A stretch of DNA of 61,469 nt from an uncultured delta proteobacterium (GTDB lineage Bacteria; Myxococcota_A; Polyangia; Polyangiales; Polyangiaceae), in NCBI GenBank assembly GCA_903906315.1, contig CAIVJW010000245.1, forward strand, positions 1 through 61,469, written 5' to 3'. Below, in pieces: positions 27,126 to 38,528 of the stretch. Under the pieces are notes generated by a model. It ran no database searches and was not told the origin of the DNA. It saw nothing but the letters and a program-made list of their open reading frames with translations. The position numbers and the translations under genes were made by a program. Each line of letters starts with the position of its first letter. The stretch's first letter is position 1.

Positions 27126-28865
27126 ATGCACCACGAGGTGCCCATCTTCCTGCTCTCGCTCGCGGTGCTGCTCGGGTCCGCGCGCCTGCTCGGAGCCCTC
27201 GCCGCGCGCCTCGGCCTGCCCGCGGTGGTCGGCGAGATCCTGGCGGGGCTCCTCGCGGGCAAGACGGTGCTCGGGCGCGCCTTCCCGGGCGCGTTCGCGT
27301 GGCTCTTCCCCGAGGGGCCGGCGCAGACCCTGCTCGCTGGCTACACGACGGTCGCGGTGGTGCTGCTGCTCGTGGTCGCCGGCACCGAGATCGACCTCAC
27401 CGTCGTGCGGCGTTCGGGCCGCGTGGTGGGCCTCACGAGCGTGCTCGGCATGGTCGTGCCGTTCGCGATCGGCTACGGCACGGGGCTCGTCCTGCCGGCG
27501 AGCGACCTCGCCGACCCGTCGCGCCGCGTCCTGCACGCGGCCTTCCTCGGCATCGCGCTCTCGATCTCGGCGCTCCCGGTCATCGCGCGCACGCTGCTCG
27601 ATCTCGGCCTCTTCAAGACCGACTTCGGCCTCATCGTGATCGGCTCCGCGGTCGTGAACGACCTCGCGGGGTGGCTCGGCTTCAGCGTGCTGGCGCGGGA
27701 GTTCACCGCGACCAAGGCGACGGGCGCGGGCCCGCTCGCGCTGTCGGTCGGGCTCACGGTCGCGTTCGTGGTCGGCACGCTGCTCGTCGTGCGGCCGCTC
27801 GTCGACCGGGCGCTCGCGCGGATGGAGGCGGCCGCACACGGCCACGAGGCGCAGAGCGGCGACGTGCTCTCGATGGTCATGGTGCTGGCGCTCCTCGGCG
27901 CGACCGTGACGCAGGCGCTCGGCATGCACGCGGTCTTCGGCGGCTTCGTCATGGGCCTCGCGATCGGCGACTCCAAGCGCCTGCGCGAGCACACCCGCAA
28001 CGTGCTGCACGAGTTCGTGACCCACGTCTTCACGCCCGTCTTCTTCGCGACGATGGCGCTGCGGATCGACTTCGTCGCCGCGTTCGACGCGCGCCTCATC
28101 GCGATCGTGCTCGCGATCGCCTGCGTCGCGAAGGTGCTCGGGTGCGCCGCCGGCGCGCGGCTCGCCGGCGTCGCGTGGCGCGAGTCGTTCGCCATCGGCT
28201 TCGGAATGAACTCGCGCGGCGCGATGGAGATCCTGCTCGCGGTGCTGGCGATGGAGGCGGGGATCATCAACATGCGCCTCTTCGTCGCGCTCGTCGTGAT
28301 GGCCGTCGTCACGTCGCTCCTCTCGGGGCCGGCGATGTCGGCGCTCCTGCGCGGGCCGCCGGGGCCGGTCGCTCAGCTCCTGCGGGCCGGGCGCGTGATC
28401 GTCGACGTCGAGGCCGAAACCCCAGCCGACGCCGTCCGCGCGCTGGCGGGGCCGCTCGCCGCGCGGCTCGGCCGACCGGGGGACGCGGAGCTCTTCCTCC
28501 GCGTGGCGCTGGCGCGCGAGGACCTGTCGAGCACGGGCCTCGGGGACGGGGTCGCCATCCCGCACGCCGAGATCGACGACCTCGCGGGCCCCGCGCTCGC
28601 GTTCGGCCGGATGAAGACCGGCGTCGACTTCGACGCCCCGGACGGAGCGCCCGTGCGGCTCGTGTTCCTGCTCCTCATCCCGAAGAGCCAGTACACGCGC
28701 GAGCTGCAGGTGCTGGCGGCCATCGCGCGGCTCGCGATCGTGCCGGAGGTCCGCGCGGGCCTGCTGGCCGCGCCCGACGAGGCCGGGATCCACGCGCTCT
28801 TCGACCGCGTCGACCGGGCGCCTACCCGCCTCGGCCCGAAGAGCGACGCTCCCGCCGCCGCCTGA
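27126..28865 (+). CDS. Cation:proton antiporter (CPA2/Kef-type) with C-terminal PTS EIIA-type-2-like regulatory domain
   Basis: Twelve or more TM helices with the typical Na+/H+ exchanger N-terminus. C-terminal GDGVAIPHAEIDDL motif (EIIA-2 like). Confidence 0.85.
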   Translation: MHHEVPIFLLSLAVLLGSARLLGALAARLGLPAVVGEILAGLLAGKTVLGRAFPGAFAWLFPEGPAQTLLAGYTTVAVVLLLVVAGTEIDLTVVRRSGRVVGLTSVLGMVVPFAIGYGTGLVLPASDLADPSRRVLHAAFLGIALSISALPVIARTLLDLGLFKTDFGLIVIGSAVVNDLAGWLGFSVLAREFTATKATGAGPLALSVGLTVAFVVGTLLVVRPLVDRALARMEAAAHGHEAQSGDVLSMVMVLALLGATVTQALGMHAVFGGFVMGLAIGDSKRLREHTRNVLHEFVTHVFTPVFFATMALRIDFVAAFDARLIAIVLAIACVAKVLGCAAGARLAGVAWRESFAIGFGMNSRGAMEILLAVLAMEAGIINMRLFVALVVMAVVTSLLSGPAMSALLRGPPGPVAQLLRAGRVIVDVEAETPADAVRALAGPLAARLGRPGDAELFLRVALAREDLSSTGLGDGVAIPHAEIDDLAGPALAFGRMKTGVDFDAPDGAPVRLVFLLLIPKSQYTRELQVLAAIARLAIVPEVRAGLLAAPDEAGIHALFDRVDRAPTRLGPKSDAPAAA

Positions 28866-28919
28866 CCCGGCCGCCAGCGACGCAGGCGTTTCGGCACGCG
28901 GTTCGCAGCAAGACCTCCA

Positions 28920-30290
28920 ATGGTCGCGAGTCGCAAGCTGGAGCCGGTCGAAGGGGGCCTGTTTCCGTTGAACGTGTCTCGTCGCGAGACACGTGAGACC
29001 AACGACCTGTGGGAAGCGGCCGCGCTGAGGCATCCCCCGCCTCCTTCGGAGGTACACCTGGTCCCTCAGGAGCGCAGGCGGGAGCGGGCCGTGCTCCGCG
29101 CGCTCGTGGTCGACCGGGACGGCGACCGCCGCGCCGCGATGCAGATGATGCTCGAAAAGGAGCGCTTCGTGGTCGACGGCGCCGCCACCGACGGCGCGGC
29201 GCGGTACGCGCTCGAGCGCGGCCGCTACGATCTGCTCTTCGTCGACGTCAGCGGCGAGCGCGAGCGGGGGCTGTCGCTCATCGAGCACGCGAAGACGCCG
29301 CGCGCGCGGGTCACGACGCCGGTCGTGGTCGCGACGGGCAACGCGGGCGAGCCGGAGACGATGTTCCAGACGCTCCGCGCGGGCGCGCACGAGTACCTGC
29401 CGCACCCCGACAAGCCGTGCGAGCGCGCGGGCTGCGGGTCGTGCGAAGCCCACGGCTGGTGCCGCCTGCCCGAGCGGCTGAGCGCCGCGGCGAACATCTG
29501 CGGCCAAATGCGCGCGATCGACGAGGAGGCCGCCGCGATCGTCGACGAGGTCGACGCCCTGAGGGACGAGCTCCACGCGCCGAGCAGCATCCCCTCGAGC
29601 GGCATGCAGGTCGGGCCCGTGCGCCACGGCAGCGTGCGCGCGACGGGTCTCGTGACGGCGGTCGGCGCCCAAGGCAGCGACGCCTTCGCCGTGGTGAGCG
29701 ACGATCTCGGGCGGACGACGGCGGTGGTGATCGACCTCGGGCAGCGCGGGCTCTCGGCGGCGCTGCGGCTCGCCTCGGCGCGCGTCGCCGCGACGACCGC
29801 GCTCGAGCGCGGCAAGAGCCTGCCCGAGGCCGCGGAGGCCGTGGCCGAGGCGTGCGAGGGCGACGGCGACCGGCCGGCCCGGCCCGGGCTCACGCTGGTG
29901 CGACTGACGCCGGGGGCGCGGCTCGTGGAGGTGCTCTGCGCGGGCATGCCCGCGGTCGTCGGCTCCAGCGCGGCGGGCGAGCTGCGCACGTTCGTGAGCA
30001 GCGGCCAACGCCTCGAGGCGCGGCGCGCGCGGCTCACGGAGGTGCGCCGGGACGTCGTGCGCCCGGGCGAGGCGTTCCTGCTCGCGTCCGACGGCCTCAC
30101 GCTCGGCGCGCTCGACGCGGAGACGGCGGAGACGCTGGCGCGGCGCATCACGTTCGACCGCAACGGAGCGAGCATGGCCTCGGCGACCACGCGGCACCTC
30201 AAGGCGCTGATGCAGGAGGCGCTCGGCGGCGCGGCGCGGACGAACGACGACGCCTCGCTGGCCTTCGTGACCCTCGACGACGACGGTTGA
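28920..30290 (+). CDS. Response regulator receiver domain fused to PP2C/SpoIIE-type phosphatase
   Basis: Receiver domain LVVDRDGDRRAAMQMMLEKERFVVDGAATDGAARYALERGRYDLLFVDV. C-terminal PP2C-like region ending DASLAFVTLDDDG. Start uncertain. Confidence 0.75.
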   Translation: MVASRKLEPVEGGLFPLNVSRRETRETNDLWEAAALRHPPPPSEVHLVPQERRRERAVLRALVVDRDGDRRAAMQMMLEKERFVVDGAATDGAARYALERGRYDLLFVDVSGERERGLSLIEHAKTPRARVTTPVVVATGNAGEPETMFQTLRAGAHEYLPHPDKPCERAGCGSCEAHGWCRLPERLSAAANICGQMRAIDEEAAAIVDEVDALRDELHAPSSIPSSGMQVGPVRHGSVRATGLVTAVGAQGSDAFAVVSDDLGRTTAVVIDLGQRGLSAALRLASARVAATTALERGKSLPEAAEAVAEACEGDGDRPARPGLTLVRLTPGARLVEVLCAGMPAVVGSSAAGELRTFVSSGQRLEARRARLTEVRRDVVRPGEAFLLASDGLTLGALDAETAETLARRITFDRNGASMASATTRHLKALMQEALGGAARTNDDASLAFVTLDDDG

Positions 30291-30379
30291 GCTGATTGCC
30301 CCGACGCGCGCGCTGCCCGCGGGCAGGCGCCCTCGGGGATGGCTCCTTTCCGGCCGACGACCGTGATAGGCCGGGAGCC

Positions 30380-31231
30380 ATGACGACCGAGACGGGCCGA
30401 ACCGAGCCGCTCCCGCCCGAGGCGGCCAGCGATCACGCCGCCGACGAGGCGGGACCGACCGCCGAGGCTGCGGAGCCCGAAGGCCAGCCCGCGGCTCCCA
30501 CGGAGCCGATCGCGGAGCCAGAGGACCAGCCCGCGGCTCCCACGGAATCGACCGCGGAGGCCGACGACGAGGCCGCGCAGGAGGCGCCGACCCTCCCGCC
30601 CCCGGAGCCGATCGCCGCCGTGCTCCACGAGCCCGAGCTGCCGCCCGCCGACCTCGTCCCGCCGCCGAGCATCGGGCCCGCACCCCGCTGGCTGCCCGCG
30701 CCCGCGAGCCTCGAGATGGAACCGACCGAGGGGCCGGTGCTCGCCGAGACGCGCGTGACGCTGCGCGGAGATCACCTGTACCGCGAGTCGATCGTGCGGT
30801 TCGACGGGCTCATCGCGATGCCGATCGGGGCCGCGCCGCCGCGCGAGCTCACCGTGCGCACGCCCCTCCGCGACAAGCCGGGCGCGGTCGAGGTGACGGT
30901 GCAGAACCCGGGCGCTCCGCTCGTGGTGATCGCGCAGGCGTTCCGGTACGCGCCGCTGCCGCCGCCCGCGATCACGGGCGTGGCGCCGCACGCGGGCGCG
31001 CCGAAGGGCGGCACGGAGATCAGCGTCACGGGGCAGGGCTTCGTGGCGTGGAGCGTCGTCCTCGTGGACGGGGTGCGATCGGAGACGACGTTCGTCGACG
31101 CGCACACGCTCGACGCCCGCACGCCGCCCGGGAAGTCGGGCGCGATGGTGGACGTCGGCGTCGAGAACCCGGACGGCAAGCGCGCGCTCGCCCCGCGCGC
31201 GTTCGCGTACGACGAGCGCTACGCGCGCTGA
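30380..31231 (+). CDS. IPT/TIG domain-containing protein with acidic Pro-rich N-terminus
   Basis: GGGAG RBS before ATG 30380. Two IPT/TIG-like beta-sandwich segments (PVLAETRVTLRGDHL...; ITGVAPHAGAPKGGTEISVTGQGF...). Confidence 0.65.
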   Translation: MTTETGRTEPLPPEAASDHAADEAGPTAEAAEPEGQPAAPTEPIAEPEDQPAAPTESTAEADDEAAQEAPTLPPPEPIAAVLHEPELPPADLVPPPSIGPAPRWLPAPASLEMEPTEGPVLAETRVTLRGDHLYRESIVRFDGLIAMPIGAAPPRELTVRTPLRDKPGAVEVTVQNPGAPLVVIAQAFRYAPLPPPAITGVAPHAGAPKGGTEISVTGQGFVAWSVVLVDGVRSETTFVDAHTLDARTPPGKSGAMVDVGVENPDGKRALAPRAFAYDERYAR

Positions 31232-31314
31232 GGAGCCCGCAGGCCCCCGGGCGCTCCCCCTCCGATTGCGGGGGGAGGCGGAGACACGAGGCGCTTCCGA
31301 GCGCCCGGCAGGGC

Positions 31315-32529
31315 CTACAGCGCGTAGCCCGTCTCGCCGTGCTCGGTCGAGTCGAGGCCCTCGCGCTCGTCGGAGACGGCGACGCGCAGGCCGATCGTCT
31401 TGTCGATCGCCTTGAGCAACACCCAGGTGACGGCCGCGGCATAGAGGCCGACGGCGAGGATGCCGACGAGCTGCGGGACGAGCTGCATCGGGTTGCCGTA
31501 GAGCAGGCCGTCGCGGCCCGCGTCGTTGACGGACCTCGTCGCGAAGACGCCCGTCAGGAGGGCGCCGAGCGCGCCGCCGACGCCGTGCACGCCCCAGGCG
31601 TCGAGCGAGTCGTCGTAGCCGAGGCGCTCCTTGGCGACGACGGCGAGGTAGCAGACGACGCCGGCGGCCGCGCCGATGACGGCGGCGGCCCAGGGCGCGA
31701 CGAAGCCCGCGGCGGGTGTGATGCCGACGAGGCCGGCGACGAGGCCGGAGGCGACGCCGAGCGCCGTCGGCTTCTTGCGCTGCGCCCACTCGATCGCGAT
31801 CCAGCCGACCGCGCCGCCGGCCGCGCCGACGTGCGTGTCGAGGAGCGCGAGCGCAGCGAGGCCGTTCGATCCGAGGGCGCTGCCGGCGTTGAAGCCGAAC
31901 CAGCCGAACCACAGGATGCCCGCGCCGGTCAGGGTCATGGTGAGGTTGTGCGGGACGTGGCGCTCGTGCGGATAGCCGGTGCGCTTGCCGAGCACGACGG
32001 CGCAGACGAGCGCGGAGATGCCGGCCGCGAGGTGCACGACGGTGCCGCCCGCGAAGTCGAGCGCGCCGAGCTTCGCGAGCCAGCCGCCCTCGGCCCAGAC
32101 CCAGTGCGCGACCGGGTCGTAGACGAGCGTGGTCCAGAGCAGCGTGAACGCGACGTAGGCCGGGAAGCGCATGCGCTCGGCGAAAGCGCCGGCGATGAGG
32201 GCGGGCGTGATGACGGCGAACATCATCTGGAACGCGCAGAACGCGAGGTGCGGCACCGACCCCTTGGCCTCCGCCACGAGGCGCCCGAGCCCGACGTACT
32301 CGAAGCCGCCGATGAGGCCGCCGTGCGTCGAGCCGAAGGCCAGCGAGTAGCCGAAGAGCACCCACTGAAGCGTGACGAGCGGCAGGGCGCTGAAGGAGTG
32401 CATCAGCGTGGCCAGGACGTTCTTGCGCCGGACCATGCCGCCGTAGAACAGCGAGAGCCCCGGCGTCATGAACAGCACCAGCGCGGTCGCGACCAGGAGC
32501 CAGGCCGTGTCGCCCGTGTCGATCTTCAT
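31315..32529 (-). CDS. amt: Ammonium transporter
   Basis: MKIDTGDTAWLLVATALVLFMTPGLSLFYGGMVRRKNVL... canonical Amt/MEP family sequence. Confidence 0.9.
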   Translation of the reverse strand: MKIDTGDTAWLLVATALVLFMTPGLSLFYGGMVRRKNVLATLMHSFSALPLVTLQWVLFGYSLAFGSTHGGLIGGFEYVGLGRLVAEAKGSVPHLAFCAFQMMFAVITPALIAGAFAERMRFPAYVAFTLLWTTLVYDPVAHWVWAEGGWLAKLGALDFAGGTVVHLAAGISALVCAVVLGKRTGYPHERHVPHNLTMTLTGAGILWFGWFGFNAGSALGSNGLAALALLDTHVGAAGGAVGWIAIEWAQRKKPTALGVASGLVAGLVGITPAAGFVAPWAAAVIGAAAGVVCYLAVVAKERLGYDDSLDAWGVHGVGGALGALLTGVFATRSVNDAGRDGLLYGNPMQLVPQLVGILAVGLYAAAVTWVLLKAIDKTIGLRVAVSDEREGLDSTEHGETGYAL

Positions 32530-32684
32530 GCGAGAGGCGTAGCGCGCGGCTTGTTTCGCCTTCGTTTCGAGGGCGTGGCGGGGGCAATCCGCGTGGCGCG
32601 GGCCTCTCGCTGCGGGAGAGACCCCGGACCGAAGTCCGGGGCTGGGCCGCCAACGAGGCCGACCTCGCCGGGCTCGGAGTCCGG

Positions 32685-33035
32685 CTACGCGGTGCCGCGG
32701 AAGACGAGGTAGACGCCGGCGACGATGACCGCGATGCCGAGCAGGCGCAGGGGCGGCAGCGGCTCGCCCCAGAGGAAGTGGGCGAGGATGGGGACGAACA
32801 CGAAGACGACGGCCGTGGCCGGGTGCGCGATGGTGAGCGGCACCTTCCGCAGCACGTTCACCCAGAGCAGCATGCTGACGCCGAGGCTGCCGACGCCGAG
32901 GAAGAAGTACGGCGACAGGTAGGCCTTCACGACCGCCGCTGCCTCCGGCCCGGCGCCGGACATGGCGGCGCGCTTGAGCAGGACCTGCCCGGCCATGTTG
33001 AAGGCGATCGCGACGACGAGCAGGGCGTACGGCAA
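32685..33035 (-). CDS. Small multidrug resistance / EamA-like (DMT superfamily) 4-TM transporter
   Basis: 116-aa 4-TM protein, MPYALLVVAIAFNMAGQVLLKRAA... typical of SMR/ArnE-like. Confidence 0.7.
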   Translation of the reverse strand: MPYALLVVAIAFNMAGQVLLKRAAMSGAGPEAAAVVKAYLSPYFFLGVGSLGVSMLLWVNVLRKVPLTIAHPATAVVFVFVPILAHFLWGEPLPPLRLLGIAVIVAGVYLVFRGTA

Positions 33036-33097
33036 GCGCGGCCTCTTACCACGAGGCGCCGGCGCCGGGCGAGCCCGCAGAGCCGGCGCAAATCGCC

Positions 33098-34470
<1,373 letters not shown>

Positions 34471-34474
<4 letters not shown>

Positions 34475-36012
34475 GAACGGACCTCGAGAACGGGGGGGAG
34501 CGAGCGGACGGGGAGGAGGTCCTCGGGGAGGCTGACGCGGAAGATCGCGCCCGACGGCTTGGCCTCCGCGACCGCGATCGTGCCGCCCGCCTCGCGGACG
34601 ATGCCCTGGACGATGGCGAGGCCGAGGCCGCTGCCGCCCGACTCGCCCTTCGTGGTGAAGAACGGCTCGAAGAGGTGCTCGCGCTGCTCCTCGGGGACGC
34701 CGGGGCCCCGGTCCTCGACCTCGAGCACGACGCGCGCTGCGCCGTCGACGCCCTGCGGGCCGGCCTCGACGCGCAGGAACACCTCGCCGTCAGCCCCGCG
34801 CTGCGCCTCGGCGGCGTTCATGACCAGGTTGAACACGATCTGGAAGGTGCGGTCGGCGTCGAGCGCGACGCGCGCGACGGCGAGCGTCTTGTCGAGGTGG
34901 ACGCGGACGTTGCGGTGGCGGAGCTCCGGCGCGACGAAGCTCAGCGAGTCCTCGACGACGCGCACGAGGTCCGATCCGCGGCCGAGCGATCGCTGCGGCC
35001 GGGCGACGGCGAGGAGCTGGCCGACGACGCGGGAGATGCGCTCGGACTGCTTGGCGATGGTCTCGAGCTCGCCGCGCACCTTGTCGGGGACGTCGGGCAG
35101 ACCGGCGGCGCGCTGCGCGCGGCCGAGGATCACGTTGAGGGGCGAGCCGATCTCGTGGCCGAGCGACGCCGCGACCTGTCCGGCCGCCGCGAGCGCCTGC
35201 ATCTGCTGGAGGCGCCGCTCCATCAGCCCGCGCGCGGAAACCTCCGAGTCGAGCCGCCGGCGCGCCTCGACGAGCGACCTGGTCATGGCGTTGAACGCCG
35301 CGGCGAGGCGCGCGATCTCGTCGGCGCCTTCCTCCGGCACCTCGACCTCGAGGTCCCCCGCGGCGACGCGCTCGGCGCCACGCACGATGGCCTGCGCGGG
35401 CAGGCCCACGGTCACCCGCGTGACGAACGCGACGATGAAGAGGGTGAGCATGAGGAGCACGGCGCCCGAGAGCATCAGGCCGCGATCGAGGACGCCGAAG
35501 AGCTTGTCGGAGTAGGAGAGGTCGCGGACGATGACCGCGCACACGGTCTTGCGCTCGCCGCGACCGAGGGACGCGCGGCGCGCCACGCTGCGGACGAGCG
35601 TGAGCCGACCGAGCAGCCGGATGGGCTCCTCGACCTCGTCGCCGGTCAGCGCGCGGAGCGCCGCCTCGGCGAGCTCGGGCGGCGCGGGCTCGAGGTCCTT
35701 CGTCGCGAAGAGGAGGTGGCCCTCGACGTCGTAGAGGGCGAAGCCGAGGATGCGGTCGGCGTTCTTGGCCGCGACCTCCATCCGCTCGTGGAGGACGTCG
35801 ATCTCGCCGCGCTGCAGCGGGCCCTCGAGCGCCGCCTCGAAGAGGAACGTGTAGTCGCGGAGCTCGGCCTTGTCGTCCTCGAGGAGCACGGCCGAGCGGT
35901 GCTGGTGCGCGAGGACGCCGTACAGACCGAGCACGAGGGCGAGCGGGACGACGAGCAGGAACCAGAGCCGCCGGGCGAGCCCCATCCTGCTCTGGACCGT
36001 GCGCATCACCAT
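34471..36012 (-). CDS. Sensor histidine kinase (HAMP-HisKA-HATPase; NtrB/AtoS-like partner of the adjacent sigma-54 regulator)
   Basis: Start MVMRTVQSRMGLARRLWFLLVVPLALVLGLYGV (TM). H-box LASLGHEIGSPLN. G-boxes in HATPase domain. ATGA overlap with the regulator gene. The upstream 160 aa of the ORF track entry are junk. Confidence 0.8.
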
Positions 36013-36098
36013 ACGTCGGCAATGTCGCACAGGCCGCCGGGGCCCGGATACCCCGAGGAGCGGCGCGGGCCGGGCGCGCACCCGTGCGGGCGGATAGG

Positions 36099-37091
36099 AT
36101 GCGCGGCATGGTCGCGCTCGGCGAGATCGGTCCGAGCCTCGAGGCCGGCGGCGGCGCGGGATCGCCACGGCTGTGGGCCTTCGTCGCCGCGGCGCTCGCG
36201 GCGCTCCTCGGGGGCGGCGCCGTCGCGGTGCGCGCGCTCGAGGACGGGCCGAGGCCGCCGACCAGCCTCGGCCGCGCGCTCGCGCACCGCGACGCCCCCG
36301 CTCCGCGCGCGCCGGCCTCGAGCGAAGCGCTCGACCTCGCCGGATCCGGCAGCAACGTGCCGCTGTCGCGCGTGCTGGCGAAGGCGTTCTCGGAGCGATC
36401 GCCGGGCGTGCGCGTGGTCGTCCACGAGAGCATCGGATCGACCGGCGGGGTGCGCGCGACGCGCGACGGCCAGGTCGAGCTCGGGCTGGTGTCACGCCCG
36501 CTCACGGCCGACGAGGCGCGCCTCGGGCTCGTGATCGTGCCGCACGCGCGCGTCGCCGTCGTCCTCGCGGCCCACCCGGGCGTCCCCGAGGACCACCTCG
36601 CCGGATCCGACCTCGTCGCGCTCTACCGCGGCGAGCGAGCGCGCTTTCGCGACGGCGCGCCGGTCGTCGTGCTCCAGCGCGAGCGCGGCGACTCGAGCCA
36701 CCTCGCGCTCGCCGGCCTGATCCCCGGCTTCGGGGCCGCGAACGACGAGGCGCACCGCGCGGGCCGGTGGCGCGTGCTCTACCACGACCGCACCATGCAG
36801 GAGGCCCTCATGGCCACCGACGGCGCGATCGGGCTGTTCGATCTCGGCCAGATCGCCTCGCAGAACCTGCCGCTGCGGGTGCTGTCGATCGACGGCGTCG
36901 AGCCCACGCTGGAGAACGTGCGCGCGGGGCGCTACCGGTTCGTGAAGGACCTCGCGTTCGTGAGCGTGGGCGAGCCGCGCGGAGCCGCGGCCGCGTTCGT
37001 CGCGTTCGTGCGTTCGGCCGAGGGCCGCGAGGCGACGCGGCGCGCCGGCTACCTGCCGCTGCCCGACGACGAAGCCGAGGTGCGGCCGTGA
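36099..37091 (+). CDS. Periplasmic substrate-binding (PstS/PBP-like) domain protein
   Basis: Signal/TM RLWAFVAAALAALLGGGAVAV. PBP-like fold motifs (GSGSNVPLSRVLAKAF...). Alternative start 36108. Confidence 0.7.
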   Translation: MRGMVALGEIGPSLEAGGGAGSPRLWAFVAAALAALLGGGAVAVRALEDGPRPPTSLGRALAHRDAPAPRAPASSEALDLAGSGSNVPLSRVLAKAFSERSPGVRVVVHESIGSTGGVRATRDGQVELGLVSRPLTADEARLGLVIVPHARVAVVLAAHPGVPEDHLAGSDLVALYRGERARFRDGAPVVVLQRERGDSSHLALAGLIPGFGAANDEAHRAGRWRVLYHDRTMQEALMATDGAIGLFDLGQIASQNLPLRVLSIDGVEPTLENVRAGRYRFVKDLAFVSVGEPRGAAAAFVAFVRSAEGREATRRAGYLPLPDDEAEVRP

Positions 37092-38449
37092 AGCGGCTCG
37101 CCGTCGGGCGCACGCTGCGCGACCGGCTCGTGCCGATCGCCGCGCTGGTCTTCGCGGTGGTCACGCTGAGCGCGCCGCTCGCGATGTTCGCGCTGCGCCT
37201 GCACGGGCTGCGCTTCGTCGCGCGCACCACCGCGCGCAGCGTCGCCGAGCTCATCGCCCGCGAGGCCCAGGAGCGCCCCTCGCTCTGGAAGTACGACACG
37301 CTCAAGCTCGTCGACCACGTGCGCGCCTACCGCCTCCAGGCCGACGTCGTCGACGTCGAGGTCGTGGACCGGGACGGCGATCCGATCGGCGTCGGGCGCG
37401 CGGGCGGCGTGGCGGCGGGAGGCGAGCGCGAGCCCGCGGGCGCCGCGATCCCGCCCGCGGCCGCGCTGTGGGAGTCGGCCGCGATCGTGCTCGACAACGA
37501 TCGCGTCGGCGAGGTGTGGGTCGGCGTGTCGACGGCGCGGGCGCGGCAGAGCGCGCTGCTCCTGCTGCTGCCGTTCACGGCGCTCGGGCTCGTGCTCGCC
37601 GGGCTGCTCTACGCCGTGCCGATGCGATCGATGGCCGAGGCCGAGCGGCGCATCGTCGCGCTCGTGCGCGCGCTCGACGGCTCGCGCACGGAGCTCGCGA
37701 CCCTGAACCAGAGCCTCGAGCAGCAGGTCGCCCTCCGGTCCTCCGAGCTGACGCGCGCGAACGCCGAGCTCGTCCGCAAGGAGGAGCGCCTGCGGGAGCT
37801 GTCCGGCCGCGCCCTCGCGCTCTCGGAGAGCGAGCGGCGCGCGATCGCGCGCGAGCTGCACGACTCGGTCGGCCAGGCCCTCACCGCCGTCCGCATCCAC
37901 CTGACCCTGCTCGGCGCGCTCTCGGCCGACGGGTCGGCGAAGGCGACGCTTCGCATGGGCACCATCCTGACGCAGACCATCGGCCTGACCGACGAGACGC
38001 TCGAGGAGATCCGCCGGGCCGTCCTGCGCCTCGGGCCGGCGATCCTCGACGAGATCGGCCTCGCCGAGGCGATCGAGCGCTACTGCGACGATTTCGCCGA
38101 GCGCACGGGCGTCACCGTCCGCCACTCGATCGATCCCGGCGGCGCGCCGCTGTCGCAGAGCCTGGAGGGCACGATCTACCGCATCGTGCAGGAGGCGCTC
38201 ACGAACGTCGCGCGCCACGCGGGCGCGAGCGCGGTCGAGGTGAGCCTCCGCGCCGAGGGAAGCGCGTTCGTGCTCTCGATCGAGGACGACGGGCGCGGCT
38301 TCGCGCCGGGGTCGGCGGAGGCGTCGCGCGGCAACGGGATCGCGGGGATGCGCGAGCGCGCGGAGCTGTCGGGCGGGTCGCTCGCGATCACGTCGCGGCC
38401 GGGAGGCGGGACGCGCCTCGCCGTGGAGCTGCCGGTCGCGATCGCGTAG
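37088..38449 (+). CDS. Sensor histidine kinase, NarX/DesK-type (HisKA_3 + HATPase)
   Basis: GTG start overlapping the upstream stop (GTGA). Two TM segments. HisKA_3 H-box ERRAIARELHDSVGQALTAV. HATPase_c (GNGIAGMRERAELSGGSL). Confidence 0.8.
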   Translation: MKRLAVGRTLRDRLVPIAALVFAVVTLSAPLAMFALRLHGLRFVARTTARSVAELIAREAQERPSLWKYDTLKLVDHVRAYRLQADVVDVEVVDRDGDPIGVGRAGGVAAGGEREPAGAAIPPAAALWESAAIVLDNDRVGEVWVGVSTARARQSALLLLLPFTALGLVLAGLLYAVPMRSMAEAERRIVALVRALDGSRTELATLNQSLEQQVALRSSELTRANAELVRKEERLRELSGRALALSESERRAIARELHDSVGQALTAVRIHLTLLGALSADGSAKATLRMGTILTQTIGLTDETLEEIRRAVLRLGPAILDEIGLAEAIERYCDDFAERTGVTVRHSIDPGGAPLSQSLEGTIYRIVQEALTNVARHAGASAVEVSLRAEGSAFVLSIEDDGRGFAPGSAEASRGNGIAGMRERAELSGGSLAITSRPGGGTRLAVELPVAIA

Positions 38450-38528
38450 GCCGCCGAGGGTTCGGCGGCGGAGCGGGCGCGCGGCGAGCTTGCCGCCGCG
38501 AGCCCGCGCGGGGTAGGACGGCGCCGCG

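Noticed and set aside
25830-32653. Two very long minus-strand ORFs (1617 aa and 1142 aa)
   Set aside because: Both run antisense through the antiporter, RR-PP2C, IPT/TIG and amt genes. Extreme Arg/Gly/Glu/Asp content with no motifs.
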